NCBI GenBank assembly: GCA_965207375.1
Contig: OZ242274.1
Coordinates: 1,056,001 to 1,120,000, forward strand
Length of the DNA stretch: 64,000 bases
Direction of reading: 5' to 3'
Origin: Nitrosopumilaceae archaeon
GTDB lineage: Archaea > Thermoproteota > Nitrososphaeria > Nitrososphaerales > Nitrosopumilaceae
Positions 19,379 to 30,025 of the stretch are shown here, one piece after another. Position numbers and translations under genes: made by a program. Position 1 is the first letter of the stretch. Every line of letters starts with the position of its first letter. The notes under the pieces were generated by a model. That model saw nothing but the letters and a program-made list of their open reading frames with translations, ran no database searches and was not told the DNA's origin.

Positions 19379-20736
19379 GCATCACACCTGATCAAATAAA
19401 AAAGGAATTTATCCGAAACAAAATAGGAATTGCAGGAATCAGCATTTTGTCAGTTCTTATAGCAATGTCGGCTATAACTATAATTGTAATTCCGGGTGAG
19501 ACCTTTGAGCAGTGGAATAATCCTAGTAAATGGATATCGTATCCTAAAACTGCAATGCCTTCATGGGTAAATGCATTTCAAATAGAAAAAATTCCAGAAC
19601 ACAAAATCATTGACGCCTATGATTTGGGAGAGCAAAACACCGGCTCAATCTTTGTCAAAACAATACGGCACTCTGTTGATTTTGACTATGATCAGTTTCC
19701 AAATGATTTTATTTACAATCTCAACCTACAATATGTCTCTAGCCCACTGATAGAAATAGATGTAATAAGACCAGATGGCCAAAGTCTCAAGATAATACAA
19801 ACGTCGCTTCCACATACTGTAAATCATTCACAACATGATGAGAGAATATTTTCCACAGATTCGGCAATTAAAAAAAACATATTTTTACAATCTGACCAAT
19901 TTGAGTTTGATATAGGCAAGCTGCCATCAGAGGAGATTGTTTTTTCAAAAATAACAGATCATGCGGTTTTAAAGGGACATTATGTTTTTGTCATTACCAT
20001 ATACAACGATGCAGAGGTTACAGTGGATAAATCACAATTAATTTTGGGCGGCAAGACATTTGGACTAATGGGTACTGATGAGTTACGCCGGGATTTGGCA
20101 ATAGGACTGCTTTGGGGAACACCTTTGGCGCTGTTTATAGGAATTGCAGTATCTGTAGGCTCTGTAGTAATGGGATTAATTTACGGAGTTTATGCCGGAT
20201 TTAAGGGCAAAAAAACAGATGAAACTATGATGAGATTCAACGATGTCATATACGCGCTACCTGCACTGCCATTTTTGATAATTCTAGCAGTTACCATAAG
20301 TAACAGCATATTTGTCATGATTGGATTTTTGATGATATTTGGATGGGTTGGAATAGCCAAGGTTTCAAGAAGTATGGCACTACAGATTAAAACGCGAGGA
20401 TATGTGGATGCGGCAAAAATCATGGGTCAAAAAAACTCAAAAATCATCTTCAACCACATACTGCCACAACTGCTCCCATATGCGTTTGCAAGTATCGCAA
20501 TTTCTGTTCCTGCAGCAATTACTACAGAGGCAGGTTTGAGCTTTTTGGGTTTGGGAGACCCGTCATTTCCAACCTGGGGCCAAATATTACACGATGCAAG
20601 CACATACGGAGCTGCCTCCCAAGGACTGTGGTGGTGGATAATGCCTCCTGGCATAATGATTGCAATTACGGGCCTAGCATTTGTATTTATAGGAAATGCC
20701 TTAGATACGGTTGCAAATCCCAGACTCAGGCGATAA
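19375..20736 (+). CDS. peptide/nickel ABC transporter permease (DppC/OppC)
   Basis: MGTDELRRD, EAGLSFLGLG..PTWG, GNALD..NPR. Confidence 0.92.
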   Translation: MSITPDQIKKEFIRNKIGIAGISILSVLIAMSAITIIVIPGETFEQWNNPSKWISYPKTAMPSWVNAFQIEKIPEHKIIDAYDLGEQNTGSIFVKTIRHSVDFDYDQFPNDFIYNLNLQYVSSPLIEIDVIRPDGQSLKIIQTSLPHTVNHSQHDERIFSTDSAIKKNIFLQSDQFEFDIGKLPSEEIVFSKITDHAVLKGHYVFVITIYNDAEVTVDKSQLILGGKTFGLMGTDELRRDLAIGLLWGTPLALFIGIAVSVGSVVMGLIYGVYAGFKGKKTDETMMRFNDVIYALPALPFLIILAVTISNSIFVMIGFLMIFGWVGIAKVSRSMALQIKTRGYVDAAKIMGQKNSKIIFNHILPQLLPYAFASIAISVPAAITTEAGLSFLGLGDPSFPTWGQILHDASTYGAASQGLWWWIMPPGIMIAITGLAFVFIGNALDTVANPRLRR

Positions 20737-20737
20737 C

Positions 20738-21052
20738 TTAGAGACTAAAATCACGCAATATCTGTATTGTAGAATCGGTTAGTTTGATGGTATATGTGGC
20801 AGCATTGGGATCTTGATCCTTTATCTGTGCTAAAACTTCAACAAAATCTGTCTTTTCCTGTTCTACTGCACCTGCCTCATGAGCACACAGAGTAAACGCC
20901 TTGAGGTTTAGGTTATTTTTTAGCAAGTATGAAATGAATTTTTTGTAATTATCTGGACTGTTCCAATCAATTTCATTATCCTCGCATATTGCTATCCATA
21001 CATCTATGCTATTTTGAAATATGACCCTTTTACGTAAGGCTTCTAAAGACAT
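20738..21052 (-). CDS. hypothetical protein
   Basis: 104-aa ORF directly downstream of 21055-21375. Confidence 0.7.
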   Translation of the reverse strand: MSLEALRKRVIFQNSIDVWIAICEDNEIDWNSPDNYKKFISYLLKNNLNLKAFTLCAHEAGAVEQEKTDFVEVLAQIKDQDPNAATYTIKLTDSTIQILRDFSL

Positions 21053-21054
21053 GA

Positions 21055-21375
21055 TTAAAAGTCTGCACGCTGCATTTTAGAACCGCAGCGTGGACATGAA
21101 CCGCCCTTGTGCTTCCAATTGCATGAAAGGCAGACATATTTTATAGAATTTCCTCCACCTTGACCCATGCCAAAGAATCCTCCTCCAGAGCCAGAATCCG
21201 AACCTCCATAACCTCTCATTCTACTCATGTAACGTCTTCTCAAGAAAAGGGGAAACATGATAAAGATGGCCAAGGCAGCTCCTAGTCCATATGGAAACGG
21301 AAGTATCATTTGTAATCCAATGCTGACGGCAAGTGATGCGCCCAGAAAAATCAGATAATTTTTGTAATTAATCAA
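21055..21375 (-). CDS. small membrane protein with C-terminal Zn ribbon
   Basis: Two TM segments, Gly-rich linker, CLSC...CPRC. Confidence 0.75.
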   Translation of the reverse strand: MINYKNYLIFLGASLAVSIGLQMILPFPYGLGAALAIFIMFPLFLRRRYMSRMRGYGGSDSGSGGGFFGMGQGGGNSIKYVCLSCNWKHKGGSCPRCGSKMQRADF

Positions 21376-21602
21376 AGCAATTTATTTTACTGTAAAAACC
21401 TTATAAAGCTTGTTGATTTTTTTGCATTCGCCTTTGCTAATTCCCAATAACAATTTACTGCTCAAGAATGTAGCAGAATGTGTTTATGCCGAGTCGTTTT
21501 TATCAAATGCCTGTTGTATAAAATCTTTTGATATATTATACTGGTTTTGTAATGATTCAGTCGTACTATTACAGGCGTAACTTTTACCAAACTAGTCTCA
21601 AA

Positions 21603-22007
21603 TCAACTATCTACAAAAATTACCGGAATTGAATCACCGTTACTATCCCATGCAAAAATATCCTCATTTTCATAAGGGGATTTTACTATAACTGAGACTA
21701 GCCCATAGAAATTGTGCAGGTCTGTAACTGATGGTTCAGCAGAACCTTGAGGGTGGGAATGAATCGTGCCTACATAACTGCTATCAAAAGGCAAAAACGA
21801 GTTTGGAAATCCTGCAAACGTTGTTCCTGTTTCTGCAAATGGGGGAATGACTAAATTCTCAACTAGTATGTTGCCATTTTTTGATTTTCCCTTGAGAATT
21901 AAAATTGCTTCATTTGGGTGATTCATTTTGCAATATGATAGTATCCCGTCACGAGTTTTAGGAAGAAACGACACCTTGCGTTCAAATTTTTTTGATTTAA
22001 AAATCAT
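21603..22007 (-). CDS. JAMM/MPN (Mov34) metalloprotease
   Basis: HPNE...HSHP-x5-PS-x2-D. Confidence 0.9.
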   Translation of the reverse strand: MIFKSKKFERKVSFLPKTRDGILSYCKMNHPNEAILILKGKSKNGNILVENLVIPPFAETGTTFAGFPNSFLPFDSSYVGTIHSHPQGSAEPSVTDLHNFYGLVSVIVKSPYENEDIFAWDSNGDSIPVIFVDS

Positions 22008-22032
22008 AATATTGGCATATGATTATACAATA

Positions 22033-23307
22033 TTACTCTTTTAGGACATAGCGGACGGTGCCTGTATTGTTAAGGGCAGACTCTATATCTGAAATGTATC
22101 CAGATCTGTTTGAGGACAATGCATCTATTTCATTTTGCAGTTCGACAATTCTAGATTTGGAGAATTTTATGTCATCTTTTGCTTTAGCATGATATTTTTC
22201 ATAATTTTCCAATGCAGACATGTCTAGTTGAGCAAGTTGTTCTTTGAGAGTATTTTGTTTGGTTAGAAACGACTCAATTGAGGCAACAAAGCCGTCAAGT
22301 TTTGAGATTATATCATCAATGTATCCGATAGTTTTTTCTGGTTCTTTAACTGACATGTGTCCTAAAGAAATTGCCTTTTTTACATTTTCAAGAATTGTAA
22401 CTAGTTCGGATTTATTTTGGGATAAAAATACGTCAAACGGCGAGGAAAGGAATTTTTCAACTAGAATTTTTTGTTCCTTGTCTAGCGCGGAGCCGTACTC
22501 ATACTTGGATATTGGCCTTGAAATCAAGATGGTTTGGTTGTTTATGTCGTGTTCGATATCTGATTTTTTTGACTCTAACATGTCAAGCTCATTTTGAATA
22601 CCTTGGAATTTTTTGTAATTGTCAGATTCCTTGAACCGTACAATTTGTTTCTCAAGTGATGATGCCTCTTGGGATAATTTTTCAATGTTTTGGTTTGTAG
22701 ATGATATTTTTCCAGTCTTGCTTTGAATTGTGTCTTTTTCCTTTTCAAGTTTGGACAGCAAAAGTGTGATTTTTGCATAGTTTTCTTCAAATGTGGCATA
22801 TCTATTTAACAATCGTTTTAGATGTGAATCATCTTCTGCGTATTTTGCCAAAATGTCTTTTAGTTTTCCTGCATATTTTTTTGCAAAAATGTGGATTACG
22901 TTGGTCTGCTTGCCAAGTATGTCTCCTATTTTCGTCAAGGTCTGCGAAGATTGACGATGAAATACCTTTACATCCTCTACCGAATTTAGTTCTGGAAAAC
23001 TCCGTTCAGATTCTTTGTGTATTGTTGCTAGCACCTGTTTTTTTCCACGTTTCACAATTGTTGCAATATTGACATCAATGTCGTCAGTTTTTAGCGGATC
23101 TTTTTCTAACTGTATTGCAATTTTAAGAAGATCTGCAATATGATGAGTTATGGGCGGCCACAGCTTTTTTGCCTGTATAATCAACTGCTCTGACTGTTCC
23201 TTTTTAATAGAATCTGTTATGCTCCGAACCTCGGTTAGGCCTAGTTCTGTAAAAGTAACCTCCTCAACCCCTTTGATCTCTTTTTTCTTACCCCATCCAA
23301 AGACCAT
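22033..23307 (-). CDS. coiled-coil hypothetical protein
   Basis: 424 aa, heptad-rich, N-terminus MVFGWGKKK. Confidence 0.8.
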   Translation of the reverse strand: MVFGWGKKKEIKGVEEVTFTELGLTEVRSITDSIKKEQSEQLIIQAKKLWPPITHHIADLLKIAIQLEKDPLKTDDIDVNIATIVKRGKKQVLATIHKESERSFPELNSVEDVKVFHRQSSQTLTKIGDILGKQTNVIHIFAKKYAGKLKDILAKYAEDDSHLKRLLNRYATFEENYAKITLLLSKLEKEKDTIQSKTGKISSTNQNIEKLSQEASSLEKQIVRFKESDNYKKFQGIQNELDMLESKKSDIEHDINNQTILISRPISKYEYGSALDKEQKILVEKFLSSPFDVFLSQNKSELVTILENVKKAISLGHMSVKEPEKTIGYIDDIISKLDGFVASIESFLTKQNTLKEQLAQLDMSALENYEKYHAKAKDDIKFSKSRIVELQNEIDALSSNRSGYISDIESALNNTGTVRYVLKE

Positions 23308-23385
23308 TTTCTTGATTATGGTTATAGGGGATTAAATGTGTTAGACATCTGTAAAATTTAATACTTGTAAAATACCAAAAAATCT

Positions 23386-23835
23386 ATGAGAAAATCATTT
23401 TATTCTGGATCGGTAAAAAAATCCATCATAGTCAATGTCAGCAGAGAAAAGGTTTGGAAAAACATGAGCAATATTGTAGGATTGCCAAAATGGGCAGCCA
23501 ATGTCAAAAGTTGTAGATTTTGTACAACGGCAAAACATGGAGTAGGGGCAGTACGCCAGCTTACCTTTGTTGATGGAAACAAGATAGAGGAGCACATCAT
23601 ATCGTGGAACAACGGAGAATCTTTTTCATACGTTGCAGTCTCTGGCCTGCCATTGCGAGCATATGTTGCAACAATAACTCTAGATGTGCAAAAAAAGAAT
23701 CAGACGATAATTACCTGGCAGTCATATCTTAACAGTAAAAAAATGACACAAAAAGAGTTTGCAGAATTTTTGGCATTTATGGGCGTCTTTTATCAGATCT
23801 CTTTGGAAAACCTCAAAGCGCTGCTAGAAAAATAA
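23386..23835 (+). CDS. SRPBCC/polyketide cyclase family protein
   Basis: REKVW...LPKW...GVGAVRQL...LENLKALLE. Confidence 0.85.
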   Translation: MRKSFYSGSVKKSIIVNVSREKVWKNMSNIVGLPKWAANVKSCRFCTTAKHGVGAVRQLTFVDGNKIEEHIISWNNGESFSYVAVSGLPLRAYVATITLDVQKKNQTIITWQSYLNSKKMTQKEFAEFLAFMGVFYQISLENLKALLEK

Positions 23836-23873
23836 CTCTTAAAATGTAAATACTGTAATTTATACATCAAGGT

Positions 23874-24212
23874 ATGAGTGACATGCGATTTACATTAATT
23901 GGTGTAGGTTTGATTTTTGTAGGATTTGTATCATTGGGAGTATTTGGTCCTGCATTTGTCACTGTTACCATAGAATCACAACAATTTGGAGACTGTTATG
24001 AATATTTTGAGGACAGACCCCCTGTTAAGACAAGCTGTGATTCTGAACTATTTGACAAGGTCTTATTTTTTGGGCTAGTAATAGGACTAGTTGCATCAGG
24101 TATAGTCTCTTTGATAAAGGGAGTAAAAGGAGGATGGGATCAACAAGTAAATCCACAAGACATGGTGGGACCGGGCAAGACTGACAATGACAGTACAGAA
24201 TCTGAGAAATGA
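23874..24212 (+). CDS. small two-TM membrane protein
   Basis: Two hydrophobic helices around a Cys-bounded loop. Confidence 0.75.
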   Translation: MSDMRFTLIGVGLIFVGFVSLGVFGPAFVTVTIESQQFGDCYEYFEDRPPVKTSCDSELFDKVLFFGLVIGLVASGIVSLIKGVKGGWDQQVNPQDMVGPGKTDNDSTESEK

Positions 24213-24213
24213 C

Positions 24214-24297
24214 CTACTTTGATTTTTTTATGATTCTTTTAAACTCTTCAGGATCGTCTTGCTCAAGTCGTTGAATGTATACTTCTTCGTAAGGCAT
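24214..24297 (-). CDS. possible 27-aa microprotein
   Basis: MPYEEVYIQRLEQDDPEEFKRIIKKSK; TTAAAT box about 27 nt upstream. Confidence 0.4.
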   Translation of the reverse strand: MPYEEVYIQRLEQDDPEEFKRIIKKSK

Positions 24298-24437
24298 AGC
24301 AGTGTTTGCTTACAAAATTGATATTTAAGATAAAGTATCGTTTACAGATTTTGCAAAATTGACTCTTTTTTGCCTAAAACTCGTGTGATTTTACAATCTC
24401 AGTCTATGTAGTAAATTTATCTGTGATTTTAGTTATT

Positions 24438-24671
24438 TTAGACATCTTTTTTGACCAAAGTAACAGTAGAGCGTATTTTTTTTAATTTTTGAATTTCCCA
24501 CGCAATAATGCCTCGCAAATGCTCTAGATGATCCCCTTCTACTTTTACCATAATGTCATGTGCACCAAAGGTTCCAAATACATCTTTGACCTGTTCTATT
24601 GCTTTGATTTGCTCAATTAAATCAGCCTCTGCACCTAATTCACAATTAATCAAAACGTAACCAATAGTCAT
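24438..24671 (-). CDS. Lrp/AsnC ligand-binding-domain-only protein
   Basis: YVLINCELG...GTFGAHDIMVKV...IRSTVTL. Confidence 0.88.
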   Translation of the reverse strand: MTIGYVLINCELGAEADLIEQIKAIEQVKDVFGTFGAHDIMVKVEGDHLEHLRGIIAWEIQKLKKIRSTVTLVKKDV

Positions 24672-24765
24672 GTTACATTATGACAAAAATTATGGTATTT
24701 CAAAGTTAGGATAAAACATTAGGCTATCCTAAAACGGTTAAATCAAACTATACAATATTGCAATT

Positions 24766-25404
24766 ATGGATAACAAAGATGAACGAATTTATCCACTAGG
24801 ATACGAACCGCAGCAATCTGTAAAAAAAGAGGATCCAAACATCCGAAATCAATTATTGGATGTAATTTTCAAATCGGTGCCAAGCGAGTTTGTTGATACG
24901 GATATCTTTGCAGTGATGGCAAAGCGTCGCTCCACGCGAAAGTTCAAAGATGATCCCGTTGAGGCATCAAAGGTAGATAAAATTATTGCCGCAGCAGATA
25001 CGGCTCCTACTGCTGGCAACTTTCAGGGATTTGAGATTTTTTATGTCAGGGATCCTAAAAAGAAGGAAGCCTTAATTGAGGCCTGCAACAATCAAAAGTA
25101 CGTAAATGCTCCAATAGTTTTGGTATTTTGTAAAAATCCAAAAAGGGTAAAATTCAAATTTCCAGATGACATTCTCAAGAAATTTGCAATTCAAGATGCA
25201 ACTTTGGCTGCAGGATATTCTCAACTAGCAGCACAGGCGTTAGGCCTGAGTTCTATATGGATTGGGATGTTAGATGAGAAAAAGGTGATGAATATTATTG
25301 GAACTAATTTGATACCATCATCAATTTTGTGTATCGGCTATCCAGAAAAACAAAAGTATCCAAAACCTCGAAGAAATCTCAAAGATTTGGTGCATGTGTC
25401 ATAG
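24766..25404 (+). CDS. nitroreductase family protein
   Basis: RRSTRKF, APTAGNFQ, ALGLSSIWIG, IGYP. Confidence 0.92.
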   Translation: MDNKDERIYPLGYEPQQSVKKEDPNIRNQLLDVIFKSVPSEFVDTDIFAVMAKRRSTRKFKDDPVEASKVDKIIAAADTAPTAGNFQGFEIFYVRDPKKKEALIEACNNQKYVNAPIVLVFCKNPKRVKFKFPDDILKKFAIQDATLAAGYSQLAAQALGLSSIWIGMLDEKKVMNIIGTNLIPSSILCIGYPEKQKYPKPRRNLKDLVHVS

Positions 25405-25427
25405 GTATGGTATTTTAAGCCAAACAA

Positions 25428-25790
25428 TTGAGCAAAAATATGACAGAATTAAAGTTGCAAGGTTCAGGCGGATATGTGATGGCAGATCTGACTGAGCAAC
25501 AGGCAAAAAAAGCAGATTTGGGCGTGGGAAAATTATTTCTTGCACCAATAGGCAAACTTGAACCAGACAAAATGTTCAAGCATTATTGCAACATCTGCGA
25601 AAAGGAATTTCCAAATCCTCCACGGATTCGCATTGAAGAAAGCACCAATGAAACAGTTGCAGACAATCTGGTACTAGTTGAAAGAGGTCAGTACACGTGT
25701 GAATCCTGTGATGGTATAATTGGAGAATACAGGGTATTTCAAAAACAAGACGAATCAGCAGATGCAGGTCAAGCAAAACCTGGCAATTAG
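25428..25790 (+). CDS. hypothetical Zn-binding protein
   Basis: CNIC...CESC. Confidence 0.75.
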   Translation: MSKNMTELKLQGSGGYVMADLTEQQAKKADLGVGKLFLAPIGKLEPDKMFKHYCNICEKEFPNPPRIRIEESTNETVADNLVLVERGQYTCESCDGIIGEYRVFQKQDESADAGQAKPGN

Positions 25791-25851
25791 ACCTAGTGCT
25801 ATTTTGAGTGCAGATAATGACACTTTTTTTTGGCAATTATCGTAATATCTA

Positions 25852-25933
25852 CGCCAGGTAAGGGATTTGAACCCCTGCACGCTTGCGCGTAGCCGTTTTC
25901 GAGACGGCCGCCTTACCGCTTGGCTAACCTGGC
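25852..25933 (-). tRNA. tRNA-Ser(CGA)
   Basis: GCCAGGT acceptor stem, anticodon arm gccgt-ctCGAaa-acggc, long variable arm, GTTCAAATCCC T-arm. Confidence 0.93.
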
Positions 25934-26009
25934 AATGAGAATATCAAACAGTCCTTAATATAGAAAATGACCACAAGTAAAATACGGGAACAATGAGAGG
26001 TTAATCAAA

Positions 26010-27032
26010 TTGGGATTAGATCTAAAACCACTAGTAATCAGAGACAAAACCAAACTAGAATCATTTACAACAAAGATAGTTGCAATTGATGCATACAATG
26101 CAATCTATCAATTCCTATCTATAATAAGAGGACCTGATGGTATGCATCTATCTGATTCAAAGGGGCGGGTTACAAGTCACCTTAGTGGACTGTTGTACCG
26201 AAACATTAATTTTTTATCATTGGGAATAAAGCCTGTTTATGTCTTTGATGGCAAGTCACCGTCGTTAAAATCTGCAGAAATTGAAAGAAGGCGCCAAATC
26301 AAAAAAGATGCTACAGTAAAATATGAAAAGGCAATTGCCCAAGGAAATATGGATGATGCAAGAAAATATGCACAGCAGACTACTGCAATGAAGGATGGAA
26401 TGGTACAAGATTCAAAAAAACTATTAAGCTTTTTTGGAATACCATACATTGATGCACCCTCAGAAGGTGAAGCTACTGCAGCACATCTGACAAATACGGG
26501 ACATGCATTTGCATCTGCTAGCCAAGATTTTGATTCGATTTTGTTTGGTGCCAAAAGATTGGTTAGAAATTTTACAAACAGTGGAAAACGAAAAATTCCA
26601 AACAGAAACTCGTATGTAGAAGTTGAGCCAGAAATTATTGAAACTCAAAAGTGTCTAGATGCATTAAAACTTACTCGGCAAGAATTAGTCGATGTGGGCA
26701 TACTGATTGGAACTGATTTTAATCCTGATGGATTTGAACGCATAGGACCAAAAACTGCACTTAAACTGATAAGAGAACACAAAAGATTAGAGGATATTTC
26801 ATCAATTCAGGAAAAATTATCCGAAATTGATTATGAGCAAATTAGGAAAATATTCCTAGAACCCGAAATTGGAGATCTCAAAGAGATCACATTTGGGGAG
26901 ATAGATTATGAAGGAATTGCAGATTATTTGGTAAAGCAAAGAGAGTTTTCTGCAGATAGGATATCTTCATCCTTGAACAGATTAAAAAAAGCACTGGAAA
27001 AAAAGAGTCAAACCTTAGAACAGTGGTTTTGA
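26010..27032 (+). CDS. fen: flap endonuclease 1
   Basis: [36 protein letters not shown]-terminal PIP box QTLEQWF. Confidence 0.97.
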   Translation: MGLDLKPLVIRDKTKLESFTTKIVAIDAYNAIYQFLSIIRGPDGMHLSDSKGRVTSHLSGLLYRNINFLSLGIKPVYVFDGKSPSLKSAEIERRRQIKKDATVKYEKAIAQGNMDDARKYAQQTTAMKDGMVQDSKKLLSFFGIPYIDAPSEGEATAAHLTNTGHAFASASQDFDSILFGAKRLVRNFTNSGKRKIPNRNSYVEVEPEIIETQKCLDALKLTRQELVDVGILIGTDFNPDGFERIGPKTALKLIREHKRLEDISSIQEKLSEIDYEQIRKIFLEPEIGDLKEITFGEIDYEGIADYLVKQREFSADRISSSLNRLKKALEKKSQTLEQWF

Positions 27033-27221
27033 TAAAAATGTGTATTTTTCTCTAATAGTTTTCTTACTCTCTTTTTTTAAACTGCTGTCTGCCTTTTCTT
27101 AACGAAATTTGCAATTAAATCAGGACATCAATTCAGAGTTTGCATGGTTTATCAAATATCTGCTAATCCGATACATTTTACTTTAGATTGGTTTTTTTAC
27201 AGAGACTATACCAAACATATT

Positions 27222-28838
27222 ATGATGGGTGCAATTCTTGCGGTTTTCCTTGTGCTCCTTGTCCCGCTTTTTCTAATTCCTGCTACAGCACAAGATGTCC
27301 TTATAGCAAGTGTAGAATCTAATCCTGAAGGTACCGATGCAGGATACGAGTGGATCACACTGTTTAATTCAGGTGAAAAATATATCGATCTGTCAGGATG
27401 GCGTGTTGTTACTGAAGACGGTGATGATTATTTATTACATCAGAGAATTCCTGCATGTGACAGTCTCACGGTTATTTTTCCAACACAATTTATTGACAAC
27501 AAAGATGCGATACTTGAACTCTTTGATGCTAGTGGTACCAAAATAGATGTCACCCCATCTATATCTGACACTAAAAATGATGATTCCATTTGGAGTGTTT
27601 CTACACCGCAATGCGGCAATGAGATTTCATATCTTGCTCCAAAACCTGTTTTGCCACAGTCCTCTGCTATACCCGGAGACATACTTGAAGTCACATTTGT
27701 GGATCTGGGCCGTGCAGGCGAATCCATATTGCTTATAGCGCCTGGAGATACTGCCATGCTTATAGACGGTGGTCTTGCAAGCTCTCATGACCGGTTAATG
27801 CGTATCCTAAATGATAACCATGTAGATTCTATAGATATCATGGTAGCCACACATGCAGACCAGGATCATATAAGCGGTCTTACATCTGTAATACAAAATC
27901 CAAACGTCGATGTAAAACGCGTACTGTTATCACATGTAGGTGCCACCACCAAGACCTATGAAAAATTTCAAAGCTCCATTGTTTCCTTACAAATCCCATC
28001 TGAAATCGTTTATGCAGGCCATACCATAAAACTGACAGATTCGCTTACGGCACGGGTAATATCGCCTCCATCTCAGGGGATATCTGACAGCTCAAGCCTG
28101 CGAAACACTAACTCGCTTATAATCCATATAGAATATGGTGCAGTCTCATTTCTTTTTACTGGAGATGCAACTGCAAAGACAGAACAATGGATTGTACGTA
28201 ATGTATCTGGACTTGACATTGATATAATGAGCGGTCCACATCATGGTTCGCGCCATTCTAGTACTGTGTCCTTTATTGATCATGTAACCCCGCAGCTTGT
28301 TGTATTTTCTGCTGATGTTGACAACAGATATGGACATCCACACCCTGACGTCATATCAAAATACGATAACAGAAGAATTGTCAACTATCAGACAGGTACA
28401 GACGGCTCAGTTGAGATAAGAACCAACGGTGTCGAATGTTCGCTAATATTGATTGGTGAAAAACCAATACCATGTTATGATGGGATCGCAACAGTTGGCT
28501 CTTCTGACATGACACCTGAAAATGCCAAGATACCATCAACTCCCAAAACCACACAGACCTTCAGTATTCCCAAATGGATCAAAGAAACTGCCCAACTGTG
28601 GCACCAAGGTCACATTACTGATCAACAGTTCATAGATGGAATTCAGTATTTGATACAACACAAGGTAATAATTGTCCAGTTACCTCAAGACAATACTTTT
28701 ACATCATCAGATAAGATCCCAGAATGGATCAAGACCAATGCCAAATTGTGGACAGACGGACATATCTCTGATGAGGTATTTATGCGCGGCATTGAGTTTC
28801 TCATAAAACACGGAATAATTCAAGTTACTTTTGCATGA
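27222..28838 (+). CDS. secreted lamin-tail-domain plus ComEC/Rec2-type metallo-beta-lactamase nuclease with two C-terminal IPxWIK repeats
   Basis: Signal peptide; NPEGTD..EWITLFN...DLSGW; THADQDH, TGDA, HHGS, YGHPH; start moved from 27144 to the MMGAIL ATG. Confidence 0.8.
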   Translation: MMGAILAVFLVLLVPLFLIPATAQDVLIASVESNPEGTDAGYEWITLFNSGEKYIDLSGWRVVTEDGDDYLLHQRIPACDSLTVIFPTQFIDNKDAILELFDASGTKIDVTPSISDTKNDDSIWSVSTPQCGNEISYLAPKPVLPQSSAIPGDILEVTFVDLGRAGESILLIAPGDTAMLIDGGLASSHDRLMRILNDNHVDSIDIMVATHADQDHISGLTSVIQNPNVDVKRVLLSHVGATTKTYEKFQSSIVSLQIPSEIVYAGHTIKLTDSLTARVISPPSQGISDSSSLRNTNSLIIHIEYGAVSFLFTGDATAKTEQWIVRNVSGLDIDIMSGPHHGSRHSSTVSFIDHVTPQLVVFSADVDNRYGHPHPDVISKYDNRRIVNYQTGTDGSVEIRTNGVECSLILIGEKPIPCYDGIATVGSSDMTPENAKIPSTPKTTQTFSIPKWIKETAQLWHQGHITDQQFIDGIQYLIQHKVIIVQLPQDNTFTSSDKIPEWIKTNAKLWTDGHISDEVFMRGIEFLIKHGIIQVTFA

Positions 28839-29050
28839 TGGCATGTGAGATAATTTGACAGATGTGTCTTTTGAGATAATTGAAATGACATGTACATTTA
28901 TTACAGTTTTTTTATGCTAGATTATTGCGTTTTAACTGCACACTATTCAATTTTGATGAGGAAAAACTGTGTAATGTGCCTGTAAGATAAACTATTGACT
29001 TGCAAATTAAGATGAATAGGTTATATAATGTCATGACTTAAAATCACAAA

Positions 29051-29437
29051 TTGAGCTCTTTTTCGGTATCAAAATCTAGGCTGGTTTTGGAAATTAAAGG
29101 AAAATCAAGAATCCAAATAGAACTAAAACGTCATTTGGCACCAAAGACTGTGGGGATTTTACTGCGTTGTCTTCCATTAGATGGCAATGCCCACTTTTTA
29201 GGAAAAGGTATCATTTACTTTGAATCTGCAATTGATTCTGGAATTGAGCGGGCCCGTTCTGATTTTAAAAAGGGAGATATTGCGTTTTCTCCTGCACAGG
29301 CAAGCCTGTGCTTTTTTACACATGATGTGTCATTGGGAAAAAAACTATCACTTATCGGCAAGATAACCTCTAATGTTGATGAGCTAAACTGTGTAAAATC
29401 TGGAGATGTGCTAAGTCTTTATCAGGAAACAGGTTGA
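29051..29437 (+). CDS. cyclophilin-like fold protein
   Basis: HLAPKTV, GDIAFSP...LCFF. Confidence 0.75.
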   Translation: MSSFSVSKSRLVLEIKGKSRIQIELKRHLAPKTVGILLRCLPLDGNAHFLGKGIIYFESAIDSGIERARSDFKKGDIAFSPAQASLCFFTHDVSLGKKLSLIGKITSNVDELNCVKSGDVLSLYQETG

Positions 29438-29724
29438 TATATGCGATGTCCGCTATTTCCGCCAACAATTTTTACTAGGCCACTTTTTGTTGCCTGTTTA
29501 AGAAATGCATTTGCTGCAGAAATTTTAACCCCTGTCTGTCTTGCAAGCTCTTGAACCGTAATGACTTTGGAATTTTTTAAGATTTTAGCTGCCTGCTCCT
29601 CTTTGAGAATCACGGTAATCTCTGCTTTAGGCGATCCGCCCCCTTCACCCTTGTCTTTTTTGCCTTTTGATTTTGCTTTGTTAGGTTTGTCCTTTGATGC
29701 TGCGGGTTTGTTTTTTGCTACCAC
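29422..29724 (-). CDS. rps25e: 30S ribosomal protein S25e
   Basis: Lys-rich N-terminus, KVITVQELARQTGVKISAA winged helix, IY C-terminus. Confidence 0.8.
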   Translation of the reverse strand: MVAKNKPAASKDKPNKAKSKGKKDKGEGGGSPKAEITVILKEEQAAKILKNSKVITVQELARQTGVKISAANAFLKQATKSGLVKIVGGNSGHRIYQPVS

Positions 29725-29812
29725 GTCCTGTTTGAAAATCCGTCCCGTTATAAACTATAAGAACAAATCCATGTTTTTTCAAACATAAATAATATCTATA
29801 TGATGACAAATT

Positions 29813-30025
29813 ATGGGAATCGTATCAAAGGGTGCCAAATGCAATGTTGAAGGCTGTGACGATGATGGTGCTCGTTCATTAAATACTGCCAAGGTAGAAG
29901 CCGCTAATTTGAGAGTAAATTCTACTGGCAAGAAGACTGTCTTGTGTAAGATTCATTACAAAGAATACAAAAAAGAATCCAAAGAAGATCGTGAACTTGA
30001 ACGTGCACGATTTGATAAATTCTAA
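29813..30025 (+). CDS. small Zn-binding hypothetical protein
   Basis: CNVEGC...LCKIHYKEYKK. Confidence 0.75.
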   Translation: MGIVSKGAKCNVEGCDDDGARSLNTAKVEAANLRVNSTGKKTVLCKIHYKEYKKESKEDRELERARFDKF

